From: Candidatus Aminicenantales bacterium
Lineage (GTDB): Bacteria; Acidobacteriota; Aminicenantia; Aminicenantales; Saccharicenantaceae
DNA: 53,602 bases
Direction of reading: 5' to 3'
NCBI GenBank assembly: GCA_049512315.1
Contig: JBEKXF010000007.1
Location: 62,001 to 115,602, forward strand
Part shown: piece by piece, positions 20,040 to 28,633 of the stretch
Position numbering within the stretch: position 1 is the stretch's first letter
How the letters are laid out: every line of letters begins with the position of its first letter
Made by a program: the position numbers and the translations under genes
The notes under the pieces: model-generated
What the model was told of the DNA's origin: nothing
Database searches by the model: none
What the model saw: only the letters and a program-made list of their open reading frames with translations

Positions 20040-21194
20040 CTATTCGTAGATGACCTTCGCCGGATCCGCGGCCTTGGGGTCCTTGAGGTAGGCGCCGGTC
20101 CCGTTCTTTATGACCTCGGCGTATTTCGGGACGCCGCCGACGACCACCGCCCGGGCCGGGTTGTCTCCCGACCACGTTTCCAGGATTTGGAGAACGGTGG
20201 TGCAGTGCCTGCCGACACGGACGTCGATGGGCCAACCCTTCTCGTCGATCTTCTCGAAGAGGAGCCCCCGCTTTCCCGCCCGGACGATGAACTCGTCCTT
20301 GCCGGTGAGGAGAAGCTCCCGGTTCGTCCGGCCGCGGGTGGCGTCGAGGAAGGGCTCTGGGGATTCGAGAAGGAGGGAGATGGCGCCGGTGTGGTCGCCG
20401 ATCTCCCGGTGGGACAGTCCGCGCAGGGCTTGCGGTGAGGATTCGACCCCGATCGCAAAGCCTCCGTTGCTGCTGATCATCATCGAAACCATCGCCGCCA
20501 GGTCGGCCCCCTTCGGGTGGGCGACGATCGTGCTGATCACGGGATACTGGAGCTCGGCCTCATGGAGGTCGATCTCGATGTCGATCTTCTCGCGCCGGAC
20601 GAGCTCGGTGATGGCGAAGCAGGTTTTTTCGGTCAGCGTCCCGTTCGGCCGGCCCGGGAAGGCCCGGTTGAGGTTCCGGATGTCCATGTAGGCCAGCTGC
20701 TGGCGCGTCGGGTAGTGGATGTAGACCTCGGGGTCGGGCCACTGGTCCAGGGGGTTCGACCAGCGGTCGCCCATCCGGAACTTCTGACCGCCCCAGGCCG
20801 TCGGGATAGTGAAGTCCGGTGGATAGGCACCGCCCAGCCGCGTCGCCGTCGTGGCGCTCCGGCTGGCCGAGAGGATGACGAAGAGCCGCCCCTTGGTGAG
20901 GGCCGCGTTCTCCGCCAGGACCCACGCCGTCAGGCGTCCCGCCGGCTCCTCCGGGTGCGTCCCGCCCAAGATGAGGACCGACCCGCCCGCCTCTTTCCCT
21001 TCGAGGATGTAGACGTTGAGGTCGTTGATGCTCCCCCGGATCGCCAGGAAATATTCGCTGAGCTTGGCCACACGGGCAAGGCTAGGGCCCGGCACGACCG
21101 GCTCCCGGAGGTGCCGGCTCCGGTAAAAGCTCAGCCCGGCGAGGACGGCCAAGGCCGCTCCGAGGGCCGCGATCGCGATCTTGCGTAGCGCCAT
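20040..21194 (-). CDS. Succinylglutamate desuccinylase/aspartoacylase-family Zn hydrolase with N-terminal anchor
   Basis: GGTHPEE, RNLNRAFPG, IDLHEA. Confidence 0.8.
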   Translation of the reverse strand: MALRKIAIAALGAALAVLAGLSFYRSRHLREPVVPGPSLARVAKLSEYFLAIRGSINDLNVYILEGKEAGGSVLILGGTHPEEPAGRLTAWVLAENAALTKGRLFVILSASRSATTATRLGGAYPPDFTIPTAWGGQKFRMGDRWSNPLDQWPDPEVYIHYPTRQQLAYMDIRNLNRAFPGRPNGTLTEKTCFAITELVRREKIDIEIDLHEAELQYPVISTIVAHPKGADLAAMVSMMISSNGGFAIGVESSPQALRGLSHREIGDHTGAISLLLESPEPFLDATRGRTNRELLLTGKDEFIVRAGKRGLLFEKIDEKGWPIDVRVGRHCTTVLQILETWSGDNPARAVVVGGVPKYAEVIKNGTGAYLKDPKAADPAKVIYE

Positions 21195-21213
21195 GAGTCT
21201 TGGTCCTTGCGCC

Positions 21214-21363
21214 TCACTTCAAGCGGAGGAGCCGCAGCAGGAAGGGGATGAGGACGATGATGTAAAGGACCTCCTCCTGCCACTTCTTCATCTTGATAAA
21301 ATTCCAGACGAGCATGGCGGCGATGTAGGCCGTCAGCAGGTAATAAAGAATCGTCACAACCAT
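21214..21363 (-). CDS. 49-aa two-helix membrane microprotein (absent from the ORF track)
   Basis: MVVTILYYLLTAYIAAMLVWNFIKMKKWQEEVLYIIVLIPFLLRLLRLK; GC3-rich codons, purine-rich upstream sequence, co-oriented between neighbours. Confidence 0.8.
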   Translation of the reverse strand: MVVTILYYLLTAYIAAMLVWNFIKMKKWQEEVLYIIVLIPFLLRLLRLK

Positions 21364-21428
21364 CGTCTCTCGCCTCTCCAGGCTTTATCTCCGACCGCCC
21401 GGCCCGGACCGCGCCCGGGTCGGAACGG

Positions 21429-22721
21429 CTAAAAGACGGTCAAAAAAGCCAGCTTCTTGCTGAAAACAACCATCAGGGTCCCGACGATGGCGACGATGAT
21501 CGCGGGGACCAGGCAGTACTTGAGGAACTTGGAATAAGGCTCTTTCATCCCCACCGTGGCCACGGTCAGCCGGCCGATGATGGCCGTCGGCGGGATGGCG
21601 TCGCCGAGGGGCCAGATGATGGTCATCCCGGCCAGGGCCACGACCGGGTTGAGCCCGATCGTGTTGAAAAACAGGACGAGCGGGACGCCGAGGACCGGGG
21701 CCGACCCCCACATCAGGACGGTCTCGGAGACGGGGAGGGTGAGGAAGAGCGTCAGAAAGACGACCGTGACCGGAAGAGTCACCGTGGTGATGGCGATGAG
21801 CCCCCGGACCCCGGTCAAGGTCATGATCTGGACGAGGATCCCGGCGCAGGTCAGCGTCCCGACGAGGGGCAGGAGCTGATGGACGGTCTCCCGGGACGTT
21901 CTCCAAAAATCGATCCTCACCGGTGAGAGAAGGAACGCCAGCAGGGCCGCCGCCATGAACATCAGCGGCAGGCCGAGAATAGGAAAGGAGAAGGGGAAGA
22001 CGCGTCCGGCGGCGAGGAGAACGAAGAACACGACAAAGGGCAGAGCGACCCGGGTCCAGTTCATCCGGGCCGGGGCCTCCGGGAGCTCCCGGAGGGCCTT
22101 TTCCAGGTCCACGGCCTTGGCCTTCCGGCCGAGGATGAAGATCGTGACCAGGGCCAGGAGAACGCAGGGAATGAGGAGCGGCAGGAAGAAGCCGACGTAG
22201 GGCATGTTGATGCCCGCCGCCGTCAGCATGGCCCAGAAGTTGACGGGCGGCGCCGCCGCGCTCAGCCCGGCGATGATGAAGATGATGGCCGCGACCTTGG
22301 ATCCGGGGATGTCCATGGTCCCCAGGACCGTGGCCACCATGCCGCCCAGGATGAGGACGGTCACGCTGCCCGCTCCGGTCAGGGCGCCGGGGACGAGAAG
22401 CAGGAGGGCCAGGAGAATGAAGAGCAGGTTCTTCCGGCGGTGAAACCGGCGGATGATGGCCCTGACGACGAAAGCGGCGCCGCCGGATTCCTTGAGCAGG
22501 TTCATGAAAAGCGTGGCGGCCACGAAGATCAGGACGATGTCGAAATAGGTGATGGCCCCCTCGACGATGTGCCGGGCGGGGATGCCGTTCCCGCCGGCCA
22601 GGGACCCGGCCAGGGCGGCCGCGAAGAGCGAGAGCTCGGTCGAGATCTTCAGGGCCCGGGCGACGATGTAGGCTGTGACCATGACGGCCAGGATGAGGGC
22701 GGCTGAGGTCGTGGCGTTCAT
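21429..22721 (-). CDS. DctM/TRAP large-permease-like (IT superfamily) transporter
   Basis: About 12 TM segments, GALTGAGS, AAPPVN, PPTAIIG. Confidence 0.75.
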   Translation of the reverse strand: MNATTSAALILAVMVTAYIVARALKISTELSLFAAALAGSLAGGNGIPARHIVEGAITYFDIVLIFVAATLFMNLLKESGGAAFVVRAIIRRFHRRKNLLFILLALLLLVPGALTGAGSVTVLILGGMVATVLGTMDIPGSKVAAIIFIIAGLSAAAPPVNFWAMLTAAGINMPYVGFFLPLLIPCVLLALVTIFILGRKAKAVDLEKALRELPEAPARMNWTRVALPFVVFFVLLAAGRVFPFSFPILGLPLMFMAAALLAFLLSPVRIDFWRTSRETVHQLLPLVGTLTCAGILVQIMTLTGVRGLIAITTVTLPVTVVFLTLFLTLPVSETVLMWGSAPVLGVPLVLFFNTIGLNPVVALAGMTIIWPLGDAIPPTAIIGRLTVATVGMKEPYSKFLKYCLVPAIIVAIVGTLMVVFSKKLAFLTVF

Positions 22722-22753
22722 GGGCTGGTCAGGTCCGCGTCCGCGGATTCCCT

Positions 22754-22782
22754 AATTTAAACGAGACGGAGGGGTTTTTCAA
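22754..22782 (-). promoter_or_regulatory. sigma70-type promoter for the permease
   Basis: TTGAAA-17 nt-TAAATT on the minus strand. Confidence 0.55.
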
Positions 22783-22803
22783 GGCCTATTTCTGGCCGGA
22801 AGA

Positions 22804-23376
22804 TCAACGCCTCAAGACGGTGATGGCCTCGATGCAGGGGTAGGTGGCCGCGGTCGTGATGTTGCGGCAGATCCCCCGTTCGATGGTCATGGTCCCGAGC
22901 TCATAATCATCCCAGCGGTACTTGTCCGTGTCCAGGTTCGAACCGGTGATGGCGGACAGCTCGCGGGCACCTCTTTTGACCGGGGGCAGCCCGACATAGG
23001 CCAGGACGCGGTTGAGCGGGTCGATGTCCGAGATGGTCAGCGATTTCCCCCCTTCGTCCATGCTCAGGACGAGCTCCGGGCCGGGCTCGGCGAACGTATA
23101 GGTCGTTTGCAGCTTGCCGGAGACATAGCTCTCGCGCTTCTCGAAGGAGACGTTAAGCGGCTTGGGGGGGAAAAGGTTGTTCTTGACGGCCTTGAAGGTC
23201 AGGGTCTGGAGCTTGGTCTGGTTGAGATAGTAAAAGGTGATCCCCAGAAGGAGCAAGACGATCAGGGCGCGGACGATCGTCGCCATGTCATTCCGGACGA
23301 CGCAAGCGATGACCCAGAGGACGGCGAGCCCTAAGAGGACCAGGATGACCGTGCGAGCCGTTTCTGTTGCGACCAT
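22804..23376 (-). CDS. Hypothetical protein, 2 N-terminal TM helices + soluble domain
   Basis: Coding-like codon use, GGGAGGT RBS. Confidence 0.7.
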   Translation of the reverse strand: MVATETARTVILVLLGLAVLWVIACVVRNDMATIVRALIVLLLLGITFYYLNQTKLQTLTFKAVKNNLFPPKPLNVSFEKRESYVSGKLQTTYTFAEPGPELVLSMDEGGKSLTISDIDPLNRVLAYVGLPPVKRGARELSAITGSNLDTDKYRWDDYELGTMTIERGICRNITTAATYPCIEAITVLRR

Positions 23377-23492
23377 ATCCGACCTCCCTCAAGGCCGTGA
23401 AGCCTTCGATTCGCCGGCCCGATTCTACCACAAGGCGGCGGCCGATGGGAACAGGCCTCGCGCCCCACGGCGAGTCCGGAAAGCGGCCGGAG

Positions 23493-24107
23493 TTATTTGC
23501 TGTAGAGTTTCTCCAGGGTCGGCACCAGGTCCATCATCTTTTCGAATTCGATGAGAGGGATCTTCTTGCCCTGGGAGATGGCCGTGAAGCGGCCGTCCGC
23601 ATTTCCTTCTTTGTAAACAAGCAGGAGGTTGGAATTCGGCGCTACGGTGTCGATGCTCTGCTCATCGGTCGTGTCGCCGGCCGCCGCTCCCTGAGACCGT
23701 CTCTTCATGCCTTCGACATGGGCGCCGATGATCTTGATCCCCTGCTTCCGGGCTTCGGCGATCAGGGCCGCGGCCCGCGCGAGCTCGTCGTCGATGGAGA
23801 TCCCGGCCGCCCCCATGCCCTTGAGGCTGGCCCCCATGACGATGATCAGGGACTTGTAAGGGGCGCCGGCCTGGGCCTTGGCCTGGAGTGTGGCAGCCGT
23901 GGCCAGAGGGTCGATGTCGTAAGTGAGCTTCAGCCGCTGCATGACGACCTTGATCGTGATGGGGCCGGGGCTCTGCCCGCATGAGGTGATGAGGGCCGGT
24001 GTTTCCGCCTTGGATTGCTGGGCCTGGCCGGCGCGGAGCGCCGGCCCGCAGCCCAGGATGAGGGCCGTGGTGAATAAGATAACGGGGAATTTATGGCACC
24101 TGCGCAT
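23493..24107 (-). CDS. Exported DUF6305-like protein
   Basis: Signal peptide; LITSCGQSPG, IIVMGASLKGMGAAG, HVEG..RR, GNADGRFT (family recalled from memory). Confidence 0.7.
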   Translation of the reverse strand: MRRCHKFPVILFTTALILGCGPALRAGQAQQSKAETPALITSCGQSPGPITIKVVMQRLKLTYDIDPLATAATLQAKAQAGAPYKSLIIVMGASLKGMGAAGISIDDELARAAALIAEARKQGIKIIGAHVEGMKRRSQGAAAGDTTDEQSIDTVAPNSNLLLVYKEGNADGRFTAISQGKKIPLIEFEKMMDLVPTLEKLYSK

Positions 24108-24172
24108 TCCTGGCTCCTTTCGTCCGAATGAAGGCTCCGTTCCTTAATGTTAGGCCAAAGCGGCTCTGCCGG

Positions 24173-24928
24173 TCAACTTCCCGGGGGCACGCTTAAAAGC
24201 TCCCGGACGCGACGGGCGTTCCCCACGGCGTGGGCTTGATAGTCATTATTGAAATAGGCGAAGGTTTCGGTCGCCCCCGTCGCCCTGATCACCCCTGCCC
24301 ATTCCCGTAGCTCCGGCTCCGAATAGTCGTGACGATAGCCGCCTGTCAGACCATGGAAACGGAAGTAAGCCGTGTCCGAGGTCATGACGGCATCGGCGGG
24401 GACCTTGGCCGAGGAGACGATGCAGAAGGTGGCCCGAGAGGTCCGTAGGAGACCGTAGACGTCCTCGGCGTACCAGCTCGGATCGCGGAACTCGATGACA
24501 TTCCTGTATTCGGGAGAGAGGACCGAGAGGAATTCGCGAAGGAGGCTGTCGTCCCGGGCAATGACCGGCGGGAGCTGGTAGAGGATGCAGCCCAGCTTGT
24601 CGCCGAGGTTTCGAGCGAGATGATAAAAGAAGCTCACCTCGTGCCCGACGTTCCGCAATTTCTTGATATGGGTGATCTGCCGGTTGGCTTTGAGGGTGAA
24701 CAGGAAACTGGGCGGGGTCAGGTCGGACCATCTTCGGAGGACCTCCGGCTTGGGCAAGCGGTAAAAGCTCATGTTGATCTCGACCGTGTTGAAGCTCCCG
24801 GCATAGAAAGAGAGCCAGCCGCCCGAAGGCAGGCCGGCCGGGTAAAACCGTCCGCGCCATCCCGGGTAGCTCCACCCCGACGTGCCGAGGTGGAGGTTGG
24901 GAATGCCACTGCCGTCCGCCGGGTGCAC
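24173..24928 (-). CDS. DUF72 family protein
   Basis: GTSGWSY..W, FNTVEIN.SFY, QLPP, EFR..SW, YFRFHG, YFNND; GTG start after GGAGGG. Confidence 0.88.
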   Translation of the reverse strand: MHPADGSGIPNLHLGTSGWSYPGWRGRFYPAGLPSGGWLSFYAGSFNTVEINMSFYRLPKPEVLRRWSDLTPPSFLFTLKANRQITHIKKLRNVGHEVSFFYHLARNLGDKLGCILYQLPPVIARDDSLLREFLSVLSPEYRNVIEFRDPSWYAEDVYGLLRTSRATFCIVSSAKVPADAVMTSDTAYFRFHGLTGGYRHDYSEPELREWAGVIRATGATETFAYFNNDYQAHAVGNARRVRELLSVPPGS

Positions 24929-25061
24929 GGTCCATCCCTCCGCTCGTTCCAAAATAATCCAAGCCGTCACGAAATTCAACTTCCTCGGAAAAGAGGGCCA
25001 GTCACCTCTGGCGGGGGCTGTCCCTCTTTTGTTCCGTTGTGATATATTGAGGCCACTGCGC

Positions 25062-26036
25062 ATGGACACGACCTTAGGTGGACCGGCAAAGATCGGGCTC
25101 ATCGGAACGATCACCATGGACCGGATCGTCCACGAATCCGGTCCGACATACGAGGGGGTCGGCGGGGTCCTTTACCAGGCTTCCGTCCTGGCGGGCCTGG
25201 GTGAAGAAGTTTTTCTTTTCGGCCGCTGCGGCGAGGATCTGCGTCCCGAGGTCGACCGCCTCGCGGCCGATTGGCCGTCGGTTCGGATGGGCGGGGTCGG
25301 CTTCGTCCCGCAGCCCGCGAACCTGGTCAATCTTTTCTATCCGCAGGCGGGCGAGCGCCTCGAAACCCTGGATTGGGCCGTCCCGCCCGCGGAGCCCGGC
25401 CCCGTCGTTGCCAACGTCGGGTCGTGGGACGCCCTTCTATTCGTTTTGAATTCCGGCTTCGACATGACCCTCGACGGCTGGCGGACGATCCTGGCGGCGG
25501 CTTCGTGTCCCGCCTGGCTGGACATCCATTCCCTCGTTCTCGAGCCCTCGATCGGACGTCCGCGGCGCTCCAGGGCCGTTCCGGATTGGCCGGGCTGGGT
25601 GGGGGGCGTGGCCTGGCTTCAGGCTAACCTCCGGGAACTGGCCTGCCTCTGCGGGCACCCCGAGCGCCCTCCCACCGACCGGGAAGCCCTGGAATTCGCC
25701 GGCCGCGCCTTCGAGCTGGGCGTCCGGGCGGTCTTCATCACCCTGGGGCCGGGGGGGGCCATGGTCCTGACTCCCGGGTGCCAAGAGAAAGTCGCCGCCG
25801 CGCCGGTCGGCCCCATCGTCGACGCCACGGGCTGCGGCGACGTCTTCGCCGCCGCCGCGCTCACCCGGCTTGTCCGGGGTGCGGGCCCGTCCGAAGCCGC
25901 CTCGTTCGCCACGGCCCTCGCCTCGAAAGCCGCCCTCGTCGCCGGGGTCAGCGCGACCTGGAAGTTGGCCGCGGCCCACGGGCCGGGGCCGTGCCCCGAC
26001 CAAAAGAATCCTTCTTCAAACCGGGAGGGGAAATGA
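25062..26036 (+). CDS. PfkB/ribokinase-family carbohydrate kinase
   Basis: GG motif, QANLRE, ITLG..GA, DATGCGDVF. Confidence 0.8.
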   Translation: MDTTLGGPAKIGLIGTITMDRIVHESGPTYEGVGGVLYQASVLAGLGEEVFLFGRCGEDLRPEVDRLAADWPSVRMGGVGFVPQPANLVNLFYPQAGERLETLDWAVPPAEPGPVVANVGSWDALLFVLNSGFDMTLDGWRTILAAASCPAWLDIHSLVLEPSIGRPRRSRAVPDWPGWVGGVAWLQANLRELACLCGHPERPPTDREALEFAGRAFELGVRAVFITLGPGGAMVLTPGCQEKVAAAPVGPIVDATGCGDVFAAAALTRLVRGAGPSEAASFATALASKAALVAGVSATWKLAAAHGPGPCPDQKNPSSNREGK

Positions 26037-27649
26037 ACGCACGCAGAGTTTCAGTGCTCTTGATTCTCGCCGCCGCCGGGCTCGTCCTCTGCTCCTGCCA
26101 GGGGTCGAGGAGCCGGGTCGAGCCGGTCGCAGTCAAGGAGATCGAAGACCACATCCGGAACCTTTCCGACGACCGGCTCGAAGGCCGGGCAGTCGGAAGC
26201 AAGGGCATCGAGATCGCCGCCCGCTACCAGGAGGACTACTTCAGGACCTTCGGCCTCGAGCCGGCCTTCGGCGCGAGCTACCGGCAGACCTTCCCGCTGC
26301 GCGGCGCCAAGCCCGACCCCCAGGCCTCCTTGGAGATCAGCTCTCCGGCCGTCAAGATCGCGCCCGTCCTCCGCGACGAATTCCTCATCAGCACGGAGCG
26401 GGAGGACGCTCCGGCCGAGGTCGGGGGAGACCTTGTCTACTGCGGCTATCTGATCCAGGCCCCCGAACGGAGCTGGGACGACATCAAGGGGGTCGACCTC
26501 AAAGGCAAGGTCCTCCTGGTCGAGATCAACGAGCCGGGCAACCGTCCGGGCGGGATCTTCGACGGCGAGGACATGACATATTACGGCCGCTGGACCTACA
26601 AATTCGAGGAGGCCGCCGAGCTCGGCGCCGCCGGGATCTTCATCATCCATAACACGAAGGGCGCGACCTACGGCTGGGAGGCGCTCCGGAACGCCACGGC
26701 CAACGAGAGCTTTTTTCTTCCCGACAAGAACCCCCAGCTCTTTTTCCAGGGTTGGGTCAGCGGCGAGGCGGCCGAAAAGATCTTCAGCGCCGTCAAGATC
26801 GACCGCCAGGCGCTCCTGGCCCGGGCCGAGACCCCGGATTTTGCACCGGTCCCGCTCGGGCTGGCCGTCAAGGTCCGGCAAAAGCCGACCTTCCGCACGG
26901 TCGACGGCTCCAACGTGGGCGGGATCATCCGGGCCAAGCATCCCGAGGCTCGAAAGCGGATGGTCGTCATCTCCGCCCATTACGACCACCTGGGCAAGGA
27001 CGAGACGCTCCAGGGCGACCAGATCTTCAACGGGGCCGTCGACAACTGCTCGGCCACGGCTTCGATGCTGGCCTTGGCCGGCTATTACGCCCAGAGGCCG
27101 GAGAAGCTCAAGGACGACCTCTGCTTTGTCGGGGTCACGGGCGAGGAGAAGCTCTTCCTCGGCTCGGACTATTTTCTCCGTCACCTGCCGTTCCCGAAAT
27201 CCTCGCTCGTCGCCGACATCAATTTCGAGATGACCAACGTCTGGGGGGAGACCGAGGACGCCTTCGCCATCGGGGCTAGGCACTCCGAGCTCGACGAGGT
27301 CTGCCGGCAGGCCGCGGCGAAGATGGGCCTCCGGTATATCCCCGAGCGGAACGGGGAGTTCGGGTTCTTCTTCCGCTCGGACCAGATCAGCTTCGTCAAG
27401 GCCGGCATCCCAGCCGTCTGGCTCCACCAGGGGATCGTCTCCAAGGGCCCCGACAAGGGCTTCGTCCAGCGGAAATTCGAGGATTACCAGAAGACGAAAT
27501 ACCACACGGTGGCCGACGAGATCCAGCCCGATTGGGACCTCCGGGGGACCCTCCAGATCATCCGCTGGGCCGAGGAGATCATCTCCATCCTCGGCGACCG
27601 CCCGGCCCTGCCGCAGTTCCTCCCGACGAGCTCCTTTAAACGTCTTTAG
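26033..27649 (+). CDS. M28 family metallopeptidase with PA domain, probable lipoprotein
   Basis: SAHYDHLG, NGAVDN, TGEE, RSDQ..F, YHT..DE; ATGA overlap with the kinase. Confidence 0.87.
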   Translation: MNARRVSVLLILAAAGLVLCSCQGSRSRVEPVAVKEIEDHIRNLSDDRLEGRAVGSKGIEIAARYQEDYFRTFGLEPAFGASYRQTFPLRGAKPDPQASLEISSPAVKIAPVLRDEFLISTEREDAPAEVGGDLVYCGYLIQAPERSWDDIKGVDLKGKVLLVEINEPGNRPGGIFDGEDMTYYGRWTYKFEEAAELGAAGIFIIHNTKGATYGWEALRNATANESFFLPDKNPQLFFQGWVSGEAAEKIFSAVKIDRQALLARAETPDFAPVPLGLAVKVRQKPTFRTVDGSNVGGIIRAKHPEARKRMVVISAHYDHLGKDETLQGDQIFNGAVDNCSATASMLALAGYYAQRPEKLKDDLCFVGVTGEEKLFLGSDYFLRHLPFPKSSLVADINFEMTNVWGETEDAFAIGARHSELDEVCRQAAAKMGLRYIPERNGEFGFFFRSDQISFVKAGIPAVWLHQGIVSKGPDKGFVQRKFEDYQKTKYHTVADEIQPDWDLRGTLQIIRWAEEIISILGDRPALPQFLPTSSFKRL

Positions 27650-27736
27650 AAAATGGGGACGATCCTATTTTCTCTGGGATAAGTGAAGCGCGTCTCGGTT
27701 TGAATGCGGATGAGATAATAGGACCGTCCCCATTTT
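27650..27736. repeat. 20-bp imperfect inverted repeat (REP-like or terminator)
   Basis: AAAATGGGGACGATCCTATT (27650-27669) / AATAGGACCGTCCCCATTTT (27717-27736), 1 mismatch. Confidence 0.7.
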
Positions 27737-27823
27737 CCCTCCTGACGGGATAGGACCTATCCGGCATTATCCGACAGAAATTGGATTTGCTTTTGGAATT
27801 CGTTATGTTAAAATGACCCCAAA

Positions 27824-28633
27824 ATGGAGATCAAGAGTTCTTATTTTTCCGATTATCTCAAACCCACTCAGGTCATCTTTAACCTCAAAAGCAAGGACAA
27901 GGTCGAGGCCATCGAGGAGCTCCTGGACGTTCTGGCCAAGCAGAAGCTCATCGAGAACAAAAAGGTCATTCTGACCCGGATCATCGACCGGGAGAACCTC
28001 GTGTCCACGGCCATCGGGTCGGGCGTCGCCCTGCCCCACGCCCGCGTCGACACGGGCGGCGAGATCGCCGTCGCGGTCGGGCGCTCGGAGAAGGGGATCG
28101 ACTTCGAGGCCCACGATGGCCAGAAGGTCCATCTCATCATCCTCGTGGTCTGGAATCCGTCCATCCCGGGCCTCTTCAACCACCTCTTCGCCGGCCTGGC
28201 CCGGTTCCTGATCCGGGCCGACAACCGCCACCGGATCTTCGAAGCCAAGGACAAGATCGAACTCTACAGGATCCTGTCCCAGATCGAGTTCAAGTTCGTC
28301 CACGAGGAGAAGATCGTCAGCCGGGCAAGCCTCCTCCGGAAGCTCCAGGAGATCGAGATCAAGAGGAAGAGGGCCTCCAAGGAGCAGCAGAAGGAGCTCG
28401 GCAAGCATGCGGCCATGATTCGGGAGGAGCTCGACCGCGACCTCGTCGGGCGCTTCGACCGGCTGATGGAGCGCTACGGGTTCGCCGTCGCCGACGTCGT
28501 CGAGGGCGTCTGCCAGGGCTGCAACATCAACATCTCGACCCAGATGAATTCGGCCATCGAGGGCTCGAATGACATCTACGTCTGCGAGAACTGCGGCAAG
28601 TTCCTGGCCGCGGCCAAGAAGAAGAAAAAGTGA
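27824..28633 (+). CDS. PTS EIIA (Ntr/Fru-type) domain fused to coiled-coil + C4 zinc ribbon
   Basis: RE..STAIGSGVALPHAR; C-terminal CQGC...CENCGKFL. Confidence 0.85.
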   Translation: MEIKSSYFSDYLKPTQVIFNLKSKDKVEAIEELLDVLAKQKLIENKKVILTRIIDRENLVSTAIGSGVALPHARVDTGGEIAVAVGRSEKGIDFEAHDGQKVHLIILVVWNPSIPGLFNHLFAGLARFLIRADNRHRIFEAKDKIELYRILSQIEFKFVHEEKIVSRASLLRKLQEIEIKRKRASKEQQKELGKHAAMIREELDRDLVGRFDRLMERYGFAVADVVEGVCQGCNINISTQMNSAIEGSNDIYVCENCGKFLAAAKKKKK

